Assembly: GCA_965220245.1 (NCBI GenBank)
Contig: CBDCPI010000008.1
Span: 198,412-262,411 of the forward strand
DNA from: Dehalococcoidia bacterium
Lineage (GTDB): Bacteria; Chloroflexota; Dehalococcoidia; Lucifugimonadales; UBA3495
Reading direction: 5' to 3'
DNA: 64,000 nt
This document shows positions 9,268 through 18,997 of this stretch, in pieces; within the stretch, counting starts at the first letter, position 1, and the number at the start of each line of letters is the position of its first letter. Below the pieces are notes generated by a model that made no database searches, was not told where the DNA came from, and saw only the letters and a program-made list of their open reading frames with translations. The position numbers and the translations under genes are program-made.

Positions 9268-10643
9268 GCACCCGGCAGCCACTCCGGCAGGAAACTGTCG
9301 AAAGCCCGTTCCAGTCCCACTACATCCCCAACACTCCCGAAGAGCAAGCTGAACTGCTGGAGGCCGTGGGCCTGACCACCCTGGACCAACTGTTCCAAGA
9401 TATTCCCGAGGCCTACCGCAACCCGGCGTTGGACCTGCCCGGTCCTCTCTCCGAGTTGGAAATCCAGCAGGAGTTGAGTTCCTTGGCCTCCCGCAACCGC
9501 GCCCTGGGCAGCGGTCCTTCTTTCTTAGGCGCCGGGTCCTACCACCACTTCATCCCTTCCATCGTGAAGGCCCTGGTCACCCGCGGCGAGTTCCTTACCG
9601 CTTACACGCCGTACCAAGCCGAGGCCAGTCAAGGCACTCTGCAAGTGATTTTCGAGTTCCAGACCATGGTCTGCAACCTCTTTGGCATGGAAGTCGCCAA
9701 CGCCGGGATGTACGACGGTGCCACCAGTCTGGCGGAAGGCGTCCTGATGGCCTGCCGGGTGACCCGGCGCAACAAAATAGCCTTAGCCGACACCCTATCG
9801 CCGGTCTACCAGCAAGTAATCCGGACCTATTGCCAAGCCCAAGGGCTTGAGGTCACGACAGTCCCCGCGGAGAAGCCTCCCATCGACGGCGAGACCGCCT
9901 GTTTGGTGGTGCAATATCCGAACTTTCTCGGCTACATCGAGGACCCCAGGTCCCAAGGGGAAGCGGCCCATGCCCAAGGCGCGCTTCTCGTGGTTTCCAC
10001 CGACCCGATAGCCGTGGGGATGTTTCACCCGCCCGGCCACTATGGGGCCGACATCGTCACCGGCGAGGGCCAGCCCTTGGGAATACTACCCAGCTTCGGC
10101 GGCCCCTACGTCGGGCTCTTCGCCACCAAACAGGAATACGTCCGGCAGATGCCCAGCCGCCTTTCCGGGCGCACCGTGGACCGGCAGGGAAATACCGGCT
10201 ATGTTCTGACTCTCCAAGCCCGGGAACAGCACATCCGCCGGGAGCGGGCCACCAGCAACATCTGCACCAACGAAGCCCTTTACGCCTTGGCGTCGACCAT
10301 CTACGTGGCTGCCTTGGGCAAGCAGGGACTACGGAAAGTCGCCGAACTCTGCTACCAAAAGGCCCACTACGCCGCTTCCCAAATCTCCCGGATACCGGGC
10401 TACTCGCTGCCGGTTGACAGGACTTTTTTTCAAGAGTTCGTCGTGCAGTGCCCAGCGGCGCCCGCGGTGATCAACCAGCGGCTGATGGAGCGTAACATCC
10501 TCGGCGGACTCGACCTCACCGGTCCCGACTTTGTCAGCTTGGGCCAAGACCTGCTGAGCAACGCGATGCTTCTTTGTGTGACGGAAATGAACTCCCGGGC
10601 AGACATTGACGCCTTGGTGGCCGCACTATCGGAGGCGTCTTGA
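9264..10643 (+). CDS. gcvPA: glycine dehydrogenase (aminomethyl-transferring) subunit 1
   Basis: 459 aa with a 4-nt ATGA overlap with gcvH. It has the conserved YTPYQAEASQGTLQ segment. Confidence 0.93.
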   Translation: MSTRQPLRQETVESPFQSHYIPNTPEEQAELLEAVGLTTLDQLFQDIPEAYRNPALDLPGPLSELEIQQELSSLASRNRALGSGPSFLGAGSYHHFIPSIVKALVTRGEFLTAYTPYQAEASQGTLQVIFEFQTMVCNLFGMEVANAGMYDGATSLAEGVLMACRVTRRNKIALADTLSPVYQQVIRTYCQAQGLEVTTVPAEKPPIDGETACLVVQYPNFLGYIEDPRSQGEAAHAQGALLVVSTDPIAVGMFHPPGHYGADIVTGEGQPLGILPSFGGPYVGLFATKQEYVRQMPSRLSGRTVDRQGNTGYVLTLQAREQHIRRERATSNICTNEALYALASTIYVAALGKQGLRKVAELCYQKAHYAASQISRIPGYSLPVDRTFFQEFVVQCPAAPAVINQRLMERNILGGLDLTGPDFVSLGQDLLSNAMLLCVTEMNSRADIDALVAALSEAS

Positions 10644-12115
10644 TGGACAGCAATACTAGGGACACCTCCCGTCTCCTCATGGAGCGCAGCCGACCGGGGC
10701 GGGCCGGCGCCATCCTGCCTCCCTCGGACGTCCCGGAGCAGGCCCTGCCCGATGCCTCCTTACTGCGGGGCGACTTAGACCTTCCGGAGGTCTCTGAGCC
10801 GGAAGTGGTCCAATACTTCACCGGCCTCAGCCAGCTCAACTTTTCCATCGACACCAACTTCTATCCGTTGGGCAGTTGTACCATGAAGTACAACCCCAAG
10901 ATTAACGACGAGATGGCTTTTGCCCCCGGGTTCGCCGGAGCCCACCCGCTACAGCCCTCCGGCTTGGCCCAAGGCGCCTTGGGGCTGCTATACCGTTTGC
11001 AAGAATTCCTCGGCGAAATCACCGGCCTAAACCGGGTCAGCCTGGCCACCTTGGCGGGAGCCCACGGAGAGTTGGCCGGGATGTTGATGGTCCGGGCTTA
11101 CCACCAAGCCCGGGGCGACACCGGCCGCCGCAAGGTAGCAATACCCGACAGCGCCCACGGCACCAACCCGGCTTCGGCGGCCATGGCGGGATTCGAGGTC
11201 GTCGACCTGGCTTCGGACGGTTACGGCAACGTCGATCTCAACGTGTTGCACGAGGTGGCCGGGCCTGACCTTGCCGGGGTAATGATTACCTTGCCCAGCA
11301 CCCTGGGCCTATTTGACTCCAACATTCTGGAAGTCTGCCGGGTGGTGCATGAGGCGGGCGGGCTGGTCTATGGCGACGGGGCCAACATGAACGCCCTGCT
11401 GGGCCGGGTCAAGCTGGGCGAGCTAGGGTTCGACGTGGTCCACCTGAACTTGCACAAGACTTTCAGCACGCCCCACGGCGGCGGCGGTCCCGGCGCCGGA
11501 CCGGTATGCGCCGGAGAGCTTCTCGGGCCCTATTTGGCGGCCCCGGTGGTAATCAACAGCGTGACCGTCGAAGGGGATGGCGAATTTACGTTGACCGCCC
11601 CCGAACACACTATCGGGAAGATGAGCGCGTTCCACGGCAACTTCGGAGTCTTGGTCCGGGCCTACACCTATATTCGCACTCTGGGGGCCGCCGGGCTGCG
11701 CTCCATCAGCGGCAACGCAGTGCTGAACGCCAACTACCTGATGGAAGCCCTGAAGGACACTTACCTTCTACCCTACGACCGCCGTTGTATGCACGAAGCC
11801 GTGTTCTCCGCCGACTGGCAGAAAGCCCGCGGCGTCAGCGGCTTGGAGATAGCCAAGCGGTTGCTGGACTACGGAGTCCACGCTCCTACGATGTACTTCC
11901 CGCTGATAGTCCACGAGGCTTTGATGATCGAGCCGACGGAGTCGGAGACCAAAGAAACTCTGGACGGCTTCATCCAAGTCCTCCGGCAAATCGACCAAGA
12001 AGTTACCGAAAACCCCGACCTGGTGCGGCAAGCGCCCCATACCACGCCGGTGACTCGCTTGGACGAAGCCAAGGCCGCCCGCCAACCCGACCTGCGCTGG
12101 CGGCGGACGGAGTAA
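10640..12115 (+). CDS. gcvPB: glycine dehydrogenase (aminomethyl-transferring) subunit 2
   Basis: 491 aa with the PLP-lysine region HLNLHKTFSTPHGGGGPG. It overlaps gcvPA by 4 nt. Confidence 0.93.
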   Translation: MMDSNTRDTSRLLMERSRPGRAGAILPPSDVPEQALPDASLLRGDLDLPEVSEPEVVQYFTGLSQLNFSIDTNFYPLGSCTMKYNPKINDEMAFAPGFAGAHPLQPSGLAQGALGLLYRLQEFLGEITGLNRVSLATLAGAHGELAGMLMVRAYHQARGDTGRRKVAIPDSAHGTNPASAAMAGFEVVDLASDGYGNVDLNVLHEVAGPDLAGVMITLPSTLGLFDSNILEVCRVVHEAGGLVYGDGANMNALLGRVKLGELGFDVVHLNLHKTFSTPHGGGGPGAGPVCAGELLGPYLAAPVVINSVTVEGDGEFTLTAPEHTIGKMSAFHGNFGVLVRAYTYIRTLGAAGLRSISGNAVLNANYLMEALKDTYLLPYDRRCMHEAVFSADWQKARGVSGLEIAKRLLDYGVHAPTMYFPLIVHEALMIEPTESETKETLDGFIQVLRQIDQEVTENPDLVRQAPHTTPVTRLDEAKAARQPDLRWRRTE

Positions 12116-12118
12116 CGT

Positions 12119-13054
12119 CTAGCCCTGCTCTTCTTCCAGGGCCCGGGCCAATACGTCCTCGGGGACCCGCACCTCAACACCGGCCCGCTCTTCCTGCAAC
12201 AGCATCGCCACTCGCGAGTCCCGGTCTCCCCAGCCCCGGTTGATGGCTTTCGTCATTTCCTGAAGCGCCAGATTGGCCAACCGCATCGGGACATCGAATT
12301 CTCTCCCCACACCCACCGCCAAGTCCACGTCCTTACGGGCCAAGCGCAGAGCGAAGTCGGGCGGGTCGAACTTGCCGGGCAGCAGGTGTTCCGCCAAACC
12401 TTCAAAGGTCTCCCTCCGGCCCTGAGCACCCTTGCGAACCGCTTGCCACAGGGCTAGCGGCTCCACTCCGGCCTTGACTCCCATGGTAAATACCTCGGCC
12501 AAGGCCGCTTGCACGATATACCCGGTGCAGTTGTGCACCAGCTTGGCAATCGCGCCGCAGCCGATGGGCCCGACGTAATAGGCTTTGTCGCCGATGGCGT
12601 CCAACACTGGCTTGCACCGTTCGTAGACTTCCCGGTCACCGCCCACCCAAATAGCTAGGTTTCGAGTCCTAGCGCCCCGGGGCCCGCCGCTGACCGGCGC
12701 GTCCAACACGTCAATGCCCCTGGCTCCCAGTTGTTCGTGGATGCGGCGGATTAACCCCGGGGTGCTGGTGCTAAGGTCGAAATACACTTTGCCCGCCGTC
12801 AGCCCTTGGGCCAAGCTCTCTTCACCCAGAGCCACCGCTTCCACCTCAGTAGGCCCCGGCAATGACGTAAGCACTACGTCGCTGGCTTCCGCCACTTCCC
12901 GGGGAGTGTCGGCCCAGACCGCGCCGGCTTCCAAGTGAGGAGTCGCCGCCTCTCGCCGAATATCATGGACCACCATTTCGTGGCCGCCTTGCAGCGCGTT
13001 GTAAGCCATGCTCCCGCCCATGGTGCCCAAGCCAATAAATCCTACTTTCATCAT
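12119..13054 (-). CDS. NAD(P)-dependent oxidoreductase, 3-hydroxyisobutyrate dehydrogenase family
   Basis: 311 aa with N-terminal Rossmann motif KVGFIGLGTMGGSMA and the HIBADH-like central region GDKAYYVGPIGCGAIAKLVHN. Confidence 0.8.
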   Translation of the reverse strand: MMKVGFIGLGTMGGSMAYNALQGGHEMVVHDIRREAATPHLEAGAVWADTPREVAEASDVVLTSLPGPTEVEAVALGEESLAQGLTAGKVYFDLSTSTPGLIRRIHEQLGARGIDVLDAPVSGGPRGARTRNLAIWVGGDREVYERCKPVLDAIGDKAYYVGPIGCGAIAKLVHNCTGYIVQAALAEVFTMGVKAGVEPLALWQAVRKGAQGRRETFEGLAEHLLPGKFDPPDFALRLARKDVDLAVGVGREFDVPMRLANLALQEMTKAINRGWGDRDSRVAMLLQEERAGVEVRVPEDVLARALEEEQG

Positions 13055-13101
13055 TCCCTCCTGGATAATGTCTCAGTTTGAAAAACCGCGGGGGCTGGGG
13101 C

Positions 13102-13488
13102 CTATCCTCCCATCGCGGCAATGCGCCGAACCATCCACGTGATGTATGTCTTGCGGGTCATGCCACGTCGGCGGGCTTCGCTATCAATGAACTCTGCAAC
13201 ACCTTCTTCCAGGGTCAAACCGGCCCGGACACTTTTGCCTGAAGGCCGGATCAGTGGTATGGAAACCAACTGATTACCATTTGGTGTTTCAATGGACCGG
13301 AATGGACTGGGGGGCGCGAGTTCTTCACCGTCCTTTTCAGCCTCGATCGCATAGTCCCGGAGCACGTCCTCGGCATTCAGAAGGGCCTCGTCCACAGTGT
13401 CACCCATCGCACCAACGCCGGGAATGTCCGGAAAGACTACACCATAAGCTCCCTCGTCACCGTCTATCAGCGCCGGATATCGAATCAC
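13102..13488 (-). CDS. hicB: type II antitoxin HicB
   Basis: 128 aa with the HicB N-domain YPALIDGDEGAYGVVFPDIPGVGAMGDTVDEAL and a C-terminal RHH-like tail. It lies directly downstream of hicA. Confidence 0.8.
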   Translation of the reverse strand: MIRYPALIDGDEGAYGVVFPDIPGVGAMGDTVDEALLNAEDVLRDYAIEAEKDGEELAPPSPFRSIETPNGNQLVSIPLIRPSGKSVRAGLTLEEGVAEFIDSEARRRGMTRKTYITWMVRRIAAMGG

Positions 13489-13497
13489 GGTATCCTC

Positions 13498-13695
13498 CTA
13501 TTCTATCCAACCCGCCTTCTTTGCAATAGTGCTGGCCATTCCAATAGAGAGTACCTGGTGACGGGGCAAGGTTATGATGCCTTTGATGCGCGGATGCCGG
13601 TAGATGTCGTGGCTTGAACCATGCCGGTCCAAGCGCCAACCCTCCTGCTCCAGTCTCTGCCCTACCCGCCTCCTGCTTGTCTCCATTGCGTGCAA
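13498..13695 (-). CDS. hicA: type II toxin HicA (mRNA interferase)
   Basis: 65 aa with LEQEGWRLDRHGSSHDIYRHP...ITLPRH. The start could instead be Met4 at 13686. Confidence 0.8.
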   Translation of the reverse strand: MHAMETSRRRVGQRLEQEGWRLDRHGSSHDIYRHPRIKGIITLPRHQVLSIGMASTIAKKAGWIE

Positions 13696-13884
13696 ATATT
13701 AGCACGTGGCATTTGAGTTGTCACGCATTCTCGGGCGGCTTTTATCGATCAGCCTGATTATCCACTCCAAGACGTTGGGGTATTCCGCCAAGTCCTCTGC
13801 CATCGAGCACTTTCTGAGGGGGCTTCAAACTGAGACACTACAGGGCGCCCCTATTATGGTATTCCCGGAAAGTGAAGTGTAAAC

Positions 13885-14388
13885 TTGAGGTTATCCGGAG
13901 GAGGATTATCGTCAGCAAGTGATTACCGAAGCTTTCGAGTTAGACGGTTGAGTTGGCAGTACCTAGCCCTAATAGCACTAGGCTGCCTCGCCCTGACAGC
14001 CTTGCTCTGCTTCGGCTTGGTGCGTTTTCTAGGCAAGCGGGAGCCCTACGCCGGGTTCCTTAGCTTGGACACCCGGGGGAAGCTGACGTTTTTCCGCTTG
14101 TTGCTCCAAAGCAACCAGGTCCCTCTATACGTCAAATTGCTGCCGGTGGTCGCCGTAATCTACTTTGTAAGTCCCATTGACCTGCTGACCGGCATCCCGA
14201 TAGACGACCTGGCCATTGCTCTTTTGGCGTTGTTACTGGTCATAAAATTTACGCCGGCCCCGGTGCTGGCGAACCTTTTGGTGCAAGCTGCCGAATCTTC
14301 GGCGGCGAAGCGGGATGAAAAATCCGGAGCCAAGGACCGGGCCCGGCTGCCCTTCATTTCTTGGTTGAGAATCGGGCCCCTAAAGTAA
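13885..14388 (+). CDS. DUF1232 (YkvA-like) membrane protein
   Basis: 167 aa. The motif VIYFVSPIDLLTGIPIDDLAIALLAL sits between hydrophobic segments. The track start is TTG. Confidence 0.65.
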   Translation: MRLSGGGLSSASDYRSFRVRRLSWQYLALIALGCLALTALLCFGLVRFLGKREPYAGFLSLDTRGKLTFFRLLLQSNQVPLYVKLLPVVAVIYFVSPIDLLTGIPIDDLAIALLALLLVIKFTPAPVLANLLVQAAESSAAKRDEKSGAKDRARLPFISWLRIGPLK

Positions 14389-14410
14389 TTGCTCAACGGC
14401 GATTAGAAGC

Positions 14411-15217
14411 ATGGAGTTGATGGAACTGGGAAAGACCGGAGTGATGGTGTCGGAGGTGGGACTGGGCACTTGGCGCTACGTGGGCGGTGAAGCCCCTTTG
14501 CGTAAGGGCATCGAACTAGGCGCATTTTTCATCGACACCGCCGAGATGTACCGCAACGAAGAACTGGTGGGTCTAGCGATTCGGGGCCTTCGAGACCGGG
14601 TGTTCTTGGCCACCAAGGTCTTGGGGAGCAACTTGCGCCGCGACCAAGTATTGAAAGCGGCGGAGGGGAGCCTTCGCAAGCTGGGGATAGACCAAATCGA
14701 CCTGTATCAAGTCCACTGGCCCAATCCGCGGGTGCCGATCAAAGAGACCATGGGCGCAATAGCCGAGCTAGTTGAGCGCGGAATGGTAAAGCACGTGGGC
14801 GTCAGCAACTTCTCCAAGAGAGAATTACAGGAAGCCCAAGCAGCGATGTCCAACATCCCCATCGTTTCCAACCAAGTCCATTACAATCTAAAGCGCCGGG
14901 AGATTGAGCGGGACCTTCTACCCTACTGCCAAGACAACGGAGTCACCGTCATCGCCTACACGCCCTTGGCCGATGGTTCGTTGGCGGCCAAGTCCCGGTT
15001 GCGCTCGGACCGGCGCCTGAAGACGCTGGAGTGGCTGGCCGAGCAAGTAGGCAAAACGATGGCCCAAGTAGCCCTCAATTGGTGCCTCTCCCGCCCCAAC
15101 GTCATGGTCATTCCCAAGACCAACAGCGTGCAACGGACCGTGGAGAATTGCGGAGCTTCGGGTTGGCGGCTGTCCCCGGAACAAGTGGAATTGCTGGACC
15201 AGACCTTCAGCCGCTGA
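14411..15217 (+). CDS. aldo/keto reductase
   Basis: 268 aa with IDTAEMY, DLYQVHWPN and GVSNFS motifs. Confidence 0.88.
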   Translation: MELMELGKTGVMVSEVGLGTWRYVGGEAPLRKGIELGAFFIDTAEMYRNEELVGLAIRGLRDRVFLATKVLGSNLRRDQVLKAAEGSLRKLGIDQIDLYQVHWPNPRVPIKETMGAIAELVERGMVKHVGVSNFSKRELQEAQAAMSNIPIVSNQVHYNLKRREIERDLLPYCQDNGVTVIAYTPLADGSLAAKSRLRSDRRLKTLEWLAEQVGKTMAQVALNWCLSRPNVMVIPKTNSVQRTVENCGASGWRLSPEQVELLDQTFSR

Positions 15218-15230
15218 GGATGAGGGTGAG

Positions 15231-16466
15231 ATGCTAAATGGCGCCAATGTTGTATCCATCAAGTCACTGTGGAAGGTATTTGGGAAGAACCCGGAGAGAG
15301 TCTTAACCGCCGATACTACGGATTTGGACAAAGCCGAAGTCCTCAACCGGCTGGGTTGTGTGCTGGCGTTGCAAGACGCCACCTTTGACGTAGGGAATGG
15401 TGAGACCTTCGTGGTGATGGGACTATCCGGAAGCGGGAAGTCCACCTTGGTACGGTGTTTGATTCGGCTTATAGAGCCGACCGGCGGGGAAATTCTCATT
15501 GATAATCAGGACATTCTCCAATATGACGACACCGAGCTTAGGGAATTTCGCCGCACCAAGGTGGCCATGGTGTTCCAGCATTACGGCTTGCTGCCCCACC
15601 GGACGGTGTTGGACAACGCCGCCTATGGCTTGGAAGTCCGTGGGGTGGGCCCAAACGAACGCTACGAGCGGGCCGCAGCCATGCTGGAGAAGGTTGGCCT
15701 TAGAGGCTGGGAGAGAGCTTCCACCAGCGAGCTTAGCGGCGGTATGCAACAACGGGTCGGTTTGGCCCGCGCTTTGACGGTAGACCCGGCTATCCTGCTT
15801 ATGGACGAGCCTTTCAGCGGGCTGGACCCGCTGATCCGGCGGCAAATGCGGGAGGAACTCGCGAGCATTCAGGAAGAACTCAAGAAAACCATCATTTTCA
15901 TTACCCATGACCTGGAAGAAGCAATCACCGTGGGTAACCGCATCGCCATCATGCGGGACGGAAAAATAATTCAGCTTGGGACTCCCGAGGAAATCGTCAG
16001 CAATCCGGTGGACGAGTTCGTTCAGGAATTTACCCGAGGCATTTCCAAGACCCGGGTCCTTTCTATCGCCAACATCATGCGAGACCCCGAGACCGTGGTG
16101 TCGCACACCGACTCGGCCCACTCGGTCTTACGCGCGATGGAGGCCAGCGGGCAGACAGTGGCGTTTATAGTCGGTGAAAACCGGGAATTTGTCGGCGTAG
16201 CCACCAAGGATCAAGTGGTTCCCGCCGCGGCCAATAACCACCCGTCGCTAGAGGATATAGACACGACCACTCTTCGAGCGGTGCCCAGCACTACCCCTAT
16301 CGAGGAAGCCCTACCCTTGGTGCTTGGGCACGGGATGCCCATACCAATATCAGACGAACAGGGCCGGCTGGCTGGCGTAGCAACCCAAGACGACATCTTG
16401 GACATCGTTGCTCGCAGCCGCCAAGAACAACAAGACCTCTCCTCGGTCACCGCTCAGGTTTTCTAA
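15231..16466 (+). CDS. proV: glycine betaine/proline ABC transporter ATP-binding protein with C-terminal CBS pair
   Basis: 411 aa with Walker A GLSGSGKST, signature LSGGMQQRVGLARAL and Walker B ILLMDEPFS. Confidence 0.9.
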   Translation: MLNGANVVSIKSLWKVFGKNPERVLTADTTDLDKAEVLNRLGCVLALQDATFDVGNGETFVVMGLSGSGKSTLVRCLIRLIEPTGGEILIDNQDILQYDDTELREFRRTKVAMVFQHYGLLPHRTVLDNAAYGLEVRGVGPNERYERAAAMLEKVGLRGWERASTSELSGGMQQRVGLARALTVDPAILLMDEPFSGLDPLIRRQMREELASIQEELKKTIIFITHDLEEAITVGNRIAIMRDGKIIQLGTPEEIVSNPVDEFVQEFTRGISKTRVLSIANIMRDPETVVSHTDSAHSVLRAMEASGQTVAFIVGENREFVGVATKDQVVPAAANNHPSLEDIDTTTLRAVPSTTPIEEALPLVLGHGMPIPISDEQGRLAGVATQDDILDIVARSRQEQQDLSSVTAQVF

Positions 16467-16504
16467 CCATCTTCTCAGACCAAGCCCGGCCCGATACTCC
16501 CTCT

Positions 16505-17566
16505 TTGCTTCGCCAGGTACCGAAGGTCCTATTCCCTTGGAGGATTCTTGATATGGTATCCTCGATTGAAACGAGCAAGAACATGATGGTTGAGCCCGCA
16601 AGGGTATTTTCCCTTGCCCTAAAATTAAACGCTCTTTTGTGGTTTGTCTTGGTGGCGGCCAGCGGCATAGCGGCGTCGTTTTTGATCCATGCCTATGGAG
16701 CCGACGGAGCTTTGGAATTCCCCGTCGACTTCGGCCCTGCGATCACCAATTGGATCGACCGCCAGCTGGAGTGGCTGGTGATTAACTTGGCTTGGTTCTT
16801 CGACGGAATCAGCACCAATCTGAAGATCGCCCTAGGAGACCTCCGGGACTTCTTGATCTGGGTCCCTTGGCCCGTCTTTCTAGTCATCATTTTTCTGGTG
16901 GGCTGGAAAGTGGCCGACTTCCGCATTGGGCTGGTTTCCAGCATCGCGCTCGGAATAATCGGCTTGGTCGATCTTTGGGAGAGCGCCATGATAACCGTGG
17001 CCATCATGGTCGTCTCGGTGACCATTTCGGTGGCCATCGGCATCCCCCTTGGGGTTTTAGCCTCGCGAAGCCGGTCGGTAGATGCCGCCCTCCGCCCGCT
17101 GCTGGACGGGATGCAGACCATGCCGGCCTTCGTCTACTTGGTGCCTGGCATTATGTTCTTTGGCTTGGGGAATGTCCCTGCGGTATTGGCAACGGTGCTT
17201 TACTCGATTCCCCCGTGCATCCGCCTGACCAACCTGGGCATCCGCCAAGTAGACCCTTCGGTGGTGGAGGCGGGCCGGGCCTTTGGCTCCAGCCGGTTCC
17301 AACTGCTGACCAAAGTCCAATTGCCTTTGGCCGTCCCCACCATCATGGCAGGGGTCAACCAGACCATCATGTTGGCCCTGTCGATGGTGGTTATCGCCGC
17401 GATGGTGGGAGCCGGCGGCTTGGGTTTGGACGTTTTGAGGTCGATGGGCCAACTGGAACAAGGAGATGCCTTGGTCGCCGGCGTCGGCATTGTGGTCTTA
17501 GCCATCATTGTGGACCGCATCTCCCAGGGGTACATCCGCTCTAGGGGGAACAGCGGCAGAGTTTAA
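16505..17566 (+). CDS. proW: glycine betaine/proline ABC transporter permease
   Basis: 353 aa and polytopic. The EAA-type loop is VVEAGRAFGSSRFQLLTKVQLPLA. The start within the first ~25 codons is uncertain. Confidence 0.88.
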   Translation: MLRQVPKVLFPWRILDMVSSIETSKNMMVEPARVFSLALKLNALLWFVLVAASGIAASFLIHAYGADGALEFPVDFGPAITNWIDRQLEWLVINLAWFFDGISTNLKIALGDLRDFLIWVPWPVFLVIIFLVGWKVADFRIGLVSSIALGIIGLVDLWESAMITVAIMVVSVTISVAIGIPLGVLASRSRSVDAALRPLLDGMQTMPAFVYLVPGIMFFGLGNVPAVLATVLYSIPPCIRLTNLGIRQVDPSVVEAGRAFGSSRFQLLTKVQLPLAVPTIMAGVNQTIMLALSMVVIAAMVGAGGLGLDVLRSMGQLEQGDALVAGVGIVVLAIIVDRISQGYIRSRGNSGRV

Positions 17567-17573
17567 GCCGCTC

Positions 17574-17724
17574 GGGGAACGCAAAGGCGCAAGGACGCAA
17601 TGGCGCGAAGGTTTTTCCTGCTTATCCTTTTGAACGATGCTGACGCCTTCGTGTACCGCTCACTCTAAACGCTAAACGTTTTTCGACCCTTGCGTCTCTG
17701 CGTCCTGGCGCCTTTGCGTTCCCT
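17574..17724. repeat. MITE-like element with ~26-37-bp terminal inverted repeats
   Basis: The left arm GGGAACGCAAAGGCGCAAGGACGCA pairs with the right arm TGCGTCCTGGCGCCTTTGCGTTCCC (25/26 match). The arms sit ~100 bp apart between convergent proW and proX. Confidence 0.75.
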
Positions 17725-17832
17725 CGTTCATTCCATCAGCCAGGCTCGGTGTAGGAAGCAACAAAAGACCCGGGACCTTCCTCTGGAGAAGACCCCGGTT
17801 ATTGGTCCCGGTTAGATTGCCTAGATAATGGT

Positions 17833-18843
17833 TTAGGGAGCGGTTTCTTTAGCTAACGCATCCCGGACCCTTTGCTCCACGTCATCCGGGACCCACTCCG
17901 TCCAAGAGTCGCTGTTCTTGAGGAAGTAAATCCCTGTCGCTTGGTACGGCTTGTCGTAATCGTCTTTGTTGGCTTCATACCAACCTTCGGCAAAAATCTG
18001 GTTCGTGCCGTTCCAGTCCCAGTTCCTCAGAAACTCAATGACCTCGGGTGCTTCCGTTGCCAAATCGTTGTTTACCGCTATCAGCACCTCGGCCGGTGGG
18101 AAAGCGCAGCCCTCACCGGGGTCGGCGCAGCCCGAAGCGTCCGGTTCTTCCAGCAAGGTCAAATCCAGCTCATTGGCTGGCTTGGTGGGCCCCCACAAAT
18201 ATCCCAACCAAGGCTCGCCCTTCAGATAGGCCCCTTCCAATGACGCAAACAGACCCGCCTGAGTCCCCGGGTCACGGAGCTCGACCACGTCTTCCAGATC
18301 GTAGGCGACAATCTGTTCTTCGTTTACTCTGCGGCAGGACCAACCGGAGATACACCCGATTAGCACGGCTTTGCCGCCGCTGTCTGGCTGGACCCACAAC
18401 TCTTTATGGTCCGCAATATCCGAGACTGATACCAAGTCCGGGTTTTGCTCGACTAGGTAGGTGGGCACCACGAAAGTGCTTTGCCAGTTATCTTCCAAGC
18501 TCTTGCCCACCGAGATTACCTCACCATTTTTCAGGGCCTCGGTCCAGATTCCCACCTGATTGGGCAACCAAATCTCCATGGTGATGTCAATGTCGTGCCG
18601 GATCAGGCCTTGGAACAGCGGCACCGTTGACCCGTCTATGGCATCGGTGGGATACCCGTACCCCTTCTCTACGATGTACCGCGCCACCCCGTTCTGCACC
18701 TGGGCGCTAGTCCAGTCCAGACCTGCGAAAATCAAGGGCCTTTTAGATTCTTGGCTCCCGCCACAGGCTCCGATTAGAGCGAACGCGGCCACCGCCACCA
18801 ACAATACCAGTAGCGGCCTAAAAAACTTTCGGTTGGTATTCAT
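17833..18843 (-). CDS. proX: glycine betaine ABC transporter substrate-binding lipoprotein
   Basis: 336 aa with signal peptide and lipobox ALIGAC. The aromatic-rich OpuAC-type domain contains LDWTSAQVQNGVARYIVEKGYGY. Confidence 0.85.
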   Translation of the reverse strand: MNTNRKFFRPLLVLLVAVAAFALIGACGGSQESKRPLIFAGLDWTSAQVQNGVARYIVEKGYGYPTDAIDGSTVPLFQGLIRHDIDITMEIWLPNQVGIWTEALKNGEVISVGKSLEDNWQSTFVVPTYLVEQNPDLVSVSDIADHKELWVQPDSGGKAVLIGCISGWSCRRVNEEQIVAYDLEDVVELRDPGTQAGLFASLEGAYLKGEPWLGYLWGPTKPANELDLTLLEEPDASGCADPGEGCAFPPAEVLIAVNNDLATEAPEVIEFLRNWDWNGTNQIFAEGWYEANKDDYDKPYQATGIYFLKNSDSWTEWVPDDVEQRVRDALAKETAP

Positions 18844-18997
18844 TATTGTATCTCCATCATTCGATCAAAGTTGTGGAAAGAGAAGGGAGAAGAAGCCAAG
18901 GTTTTGCCTTGTCCCAGCAGGGCATCCCAGTCCAGTTTAAGGTAGGCTAGCAGCTTGAGAAAAACATGCTAAAGTTATACCAAACGACGGTGAAGCG

